Below are positions 54,541 through 57,432 of a DNA stretch of 57,432 nt, piece after piece. The notes beneath the pieces are model-generated. The model did not search any database and was not told the origin of the DNA. It saw nothing but the letters and a program-made list of their open reading frames with translations. The DNA lies in NCBI GenBank assembly GCA_013115145.1, contig JAAPAO010000176.1:1-57432 (forward strand). Reading direction: 5' to 3'. The DNA is from Perkinsus chesapeaki ATCC PRA-425 (lineage: Eukaryota > Protista > Perkinsozoa). The translations under genes and the position numbers were made by a program. Position 1 is the first letter of the stretch; each line of letters begins with the position of its first letter.

Positions 54541-54647
54541 TAGCGTCCGCCGGATCCGTACTCAATAATACCCTTTTCTCTATTTAAACTAATACACGTT
54601 TGAGTAATAGTGATTGTTAATTAGTTTGTATTAATATTATTGTTATT

Positions 54648-55670
54648 ATGTTATTATATTATAATATATTAATTATTATATATAATATTATATTTATATG
54701 TTATTGTTGGGATTATGATAATTATGATTCATGGGATAATACATGTATTAATGGTAAACGACAATCACCAATATATTTACCACCAATCGATGATTTAATT
54801 AATAGTTATTATAATAATCAAACAATAGTATTACATAATGATATTACAATGGTTAACTACTTTAATAATAATTCTATATTATTTAATTATACAGTAAGTG
54901 ATTATAATTATGATATACGTATTAATATACCACCACCACCACCACCACCTACATCATCATCATTAGATAATAATAATATTATTGCACCATATATTACTAA
55001 TATTAGAGATGATAATAATAGTATATATATATTAGATCATATTATTATGCATTGGGGCAATAGAGATCATTATGGTTCAGAACATAATCTTATTAATAAA
55101 CCAGGTAGTATGGAATTACAATTTGTCCATTATAAGTTGAACAAGTTAAGTAATAATACAATAAATAATAATAATTCGGCAATAATAACTACTACTGATA
55201 ATAATATTGTTATATATTCTGTAATATATACTATTGATGGTAATATTGGTAATAATGATATACAATCTATAATTAATGCTTATAAAGAAGAAGGCCCTTA
55301 TAATAATATTGACAATAATATATATAATATTAATATAAGTAATATAATATCTAATAATTCATCAACATATTTTTGGAGTTATGATGGTTCATTAACTACA
55401 CCTAATTGCACTGAGAATGTTATATGGTATATATCATTATCAGAAGATAATAAAATAAGTAAATCACAAACACAATTGTTAAGGTCATTAGAGCTTAATT
55501 ATGGCAATAATAGAAAAGTACAATCATTAAATAATAGGATTATATATGCTAGTCAATTATTTATTGATAAATATATAACAGTCAATAGTAATTATTCATA
55601 TTGTTTATTATATAAATTATCAATTAACTATTATATATTATTATTAGTCATATTAATAACATGTTATTAA
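54648..55670 (+). CDS. Alpha-carbonic-anhydrase-related protein, predicted acatalytic, with signal peptide and hydrophobic C-tail (intronless)
   Basis: WDYDNYDSWDNTCINGKRQSPI, DHIIMHWG (His94 to Ile), GSEH, ELQFVH (His119 to Gln), YDGSLTTPNCTE. Both ends are hydrophobic. Confidence 0.85.
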   Translation: MLLYYNILIIIYNIIFICYCWDYDNYDSWDNTCINGKRQSPIYLPPIDDLINSYYNNQTIVLHNDITMVNYFNNNSILFNYTVSDYNYDIRINIPPPPPPPTSSSLDNNNIIAPYITNIRDDNNSIYILDHIIMHWGNRDHYGSEHNLINKPGSMELQFVHYKLNKLSNNTINNNNSAIITTTDNNIVIYSVIYTIDGNIGNNDIQSIINAYKEEGPYNNIDNNIYNINISNIISNNSSTYFWSYDGSLTTPNCTENVIWYISLSEDNKISKSQTQLLRSLELNYGNNRKVQSLNNRIIYASQLFIDKYITVNSNYSYCLLYKLSINYYILLLVILITCY

Positions 55671-55852
55671 TATTGGATAATAATGGTGATCATATTAATA
55701 ATGTTATTGTTTTGTGTTGTTCTTTTTGAACTCAAATAAATAATAAATATGGAAAATGATATTCAAAAAAGAATATCAGACTTACGACGACGACGACGAC
55801 GACAAGGACGGTGACAATAAAACCTATGAGCACCATTTGTTGGCAACTTCTT

Positions 55853-56962
55853 CTATTTTTTAGTAGCATTTGTTGGCATATACATTGCATTAACTGGTTT
55901 AATCCATATATTATTATTAGTTGATATACCATGCATTAACAATATAACTTCCCCACCATTTACTATTAATGGTAATAATTTACTAAATGTATCAACCGTT
56001 TCATTCCTACTTTGTAATACAACTAGATTATTAACATAAGATACGCTTTTAGCTTTTAAACTAGTACCATTAAGTGCTTGTGATATACCAATTTTAACAT
56101 TATTATAATATAAATCACCAGAGATATTACCAATATTAGATATAGTCATAACTGTTGGATTAGGTACTGCAACAGTTGAATAACTATATATAGCATTAAT
56201 AACACCTGGAACATCTGTCCAATATTTCTTTTTTAATTCATCATTTGGTAAAAATGGTTTAATATCTTCTGTTGTTTGCGCTATTATATTAGTAAAATTA
56301 TTATACCCCGTTAATATAATATTCTTATCAAAATTAAGTCCACTATATTTAATACCTAATGCTTTAATATCTATTTTACCTTTCATATTTAATATAACTG
56401 AATCCATTAACATAATATCTTCACCAAATTTATCAAAATATGATTTATTAGTTATATATAAAATACCTTTATTATTAAATTTAGTTGTAGTATGACCAGC
56501 AACATCCATATCTGGTAAATTAACATATCCCAGTTCATTATTATCAATATATATATAATTTCTGGATGATAAAATAGTTGATGACATACTATCACTTTTA
56601 ACACTTATTTTCATCTCATTTTCTAAACATAATACAGCATTATTATTGTCATTACAATTAACTTGATTTCCAATAATCATTTCATCAATATTTATACTTG
56701 AACTATTCAAGCCGCTTTGAGCTATAGCCTTACCACCAACAAATAATATTAATAATACAGCAACAATAATAATTATCATTAATATAACTAATATTATTAA
56801 TAACCATATAAATTGTTTACGGCTCAGTTTACCACAACAATATCTTTTATTATCTACAACTAATAATTCACCACCAACAATATCAACTTTATCATCATCC
56901 ATATTAACATTATTATGATAGTCACTCCCACGTTCCATAATTACATGATTAGTCGATGACAT
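55853..56962 (-). CDS. DUF3712-like single-pass membrane protein (intronless)
   Basis: N-terminal TM helix, then a beta-rich region with KGKIDIKALGIKYSGLNFDKNIILTGYNNF and VPNPTVMTISNIGNI, resembling DUF3712/LEA_2-type repeats as I recall them. Confidence 0.6.
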   Translation of the reverse strand: MSSTNHVIMERGSDYHNNVNMDDDKVDIVGGELLVVDNKRYCCGKLSRKQFIWLLIILVILMIIIIVAVLLILFVGGKAIAQSGLNSSSINIDEMIIGNQVNCNDNNNAVLCLENEMKISVKSDSMSSTILSSRNYIYIDNNELGYVNLPDMDVAGHTTTKFNNKGILYITNKSYFDKFGEDIMLMDSVILNMKGKIDIKALGIKYSGLNFDKNIILTGYNNFTNIIAQTTEDIKPFLPNDELKKKYWTDVPGVINAIYSYSTVAVPNPTVMTISNIGNISGDLYYNNVKIGISQALNGTSLKAKSVSYVNNLVVLQSRNETVDTFSKLLPLIVNGGEVILLMHGISTNNNIWIKPVNAMYMPTNATKK

Positions 56963-57116
56963 TAATAATAAAAATAGCTATAATAACCCATATAACCCAC
57001 TTAATCATAATCCTACTCTAATAAGTGATGATCGAATCTCGTGGTTGAATGGTCGTAATAAATGATTATGGACCGTGATGATTAAATAAAGGAATATATA
57101 AAGCCCGTCATCATAG

Positions 57117-57432
57117 TTAGCTGTTATTGGCTATTGTATCATTGTTAGACTCAAAAGCAGCAGTATCATCAAATACACCTATAAAGGGGGTTCCCTCAAC
57201 AACAAGAAGGTGAAGGTGGTGGTGGTGGTGGTTGGGTATTAATAAGTTGTATACGGGATCTAACCAACAATCTTTAATGGTGGTATACCACCGTATACTA
57301 CTACGACAAGTAAAGGACAAGTTCATACTACTTATTACCTATACTACTACTTACAGTATCTTCGCGAGCCGATCCTTGTAACACAACAATTAATGCACTC
57401 ATGGGCTAATCATCTGGCTTTTCTGCAGTTGG
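57117..57432 (-). CDS. 3' end of an unidentified gene running off the window
   Basis: Exon-like MSALIVVLQGSAREDT followed by a GTAAGT donor, and a final exon ending ...TPFIGVFDDTAAFESNNDTIANNS*. Confidence 0.3.

Overview
Eukaryotic, intron-rich and very AT-rich genomic DNA full of triplet microsatellites. It is most likely from a Perkinsus-like (perkinsid) alveolate, inferred from the FAE1-KCS / delta-8 / delta-5 desaturase cluster, an apicomplexan-style CDPK and a cathepsin-L gene. Most short ORFs in the supplied track are artefacts of AAT/CAT/CAG repeats or single exons of spliced genes. Recognisable genes, in order: VIT1/CCC1-like, NIF3-like, WRKY19-type zinc-finger repeat protein, androglobin-like, cathepsin L-like protease, LRR protein, delta-5 desaturase, delta-8 desaturase, FAE1-type KCS, membrane/START-like protein, NOL9/Grc3, IQ-motif protein, ankyrin/PHD protein, MEMO1, CDPK with extra N-terminal EF-hands, polyprenol reductase-like, two tandem alpha-carbonic-anhydrase-like genes (the second lacking Zn ligands) and a DUF3712-like protein. 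Mobile DNA: a 2270-bp Tc1/mariner-type element with 197-bp TIRs, a TA target duplication and an internally deleted transposase, plus two LINE relics (RLE-type and RNase H-type). The three-gene PUFA cluster is already known from P. marinus. The most striking unexplained signal is an identical 9-mer, AGGCCCCTT, 14-16 nt upstream of the ATG of each of the three intronless PUFA genes and always beginning with the AG of a YAG. It is a candidate shared trans-splice acceptor / 5'-UTR element for processing a polycistron. Other candidates: a tRNA-Asn-derived Pol III unit at the window start, a predicted GPI-anchored acatalytic CA, and an unexplained GC-rich island just downstream of the PUFA cluster. 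Exon assemblies were done by eye, so boundaries of spliced genes are approximate.
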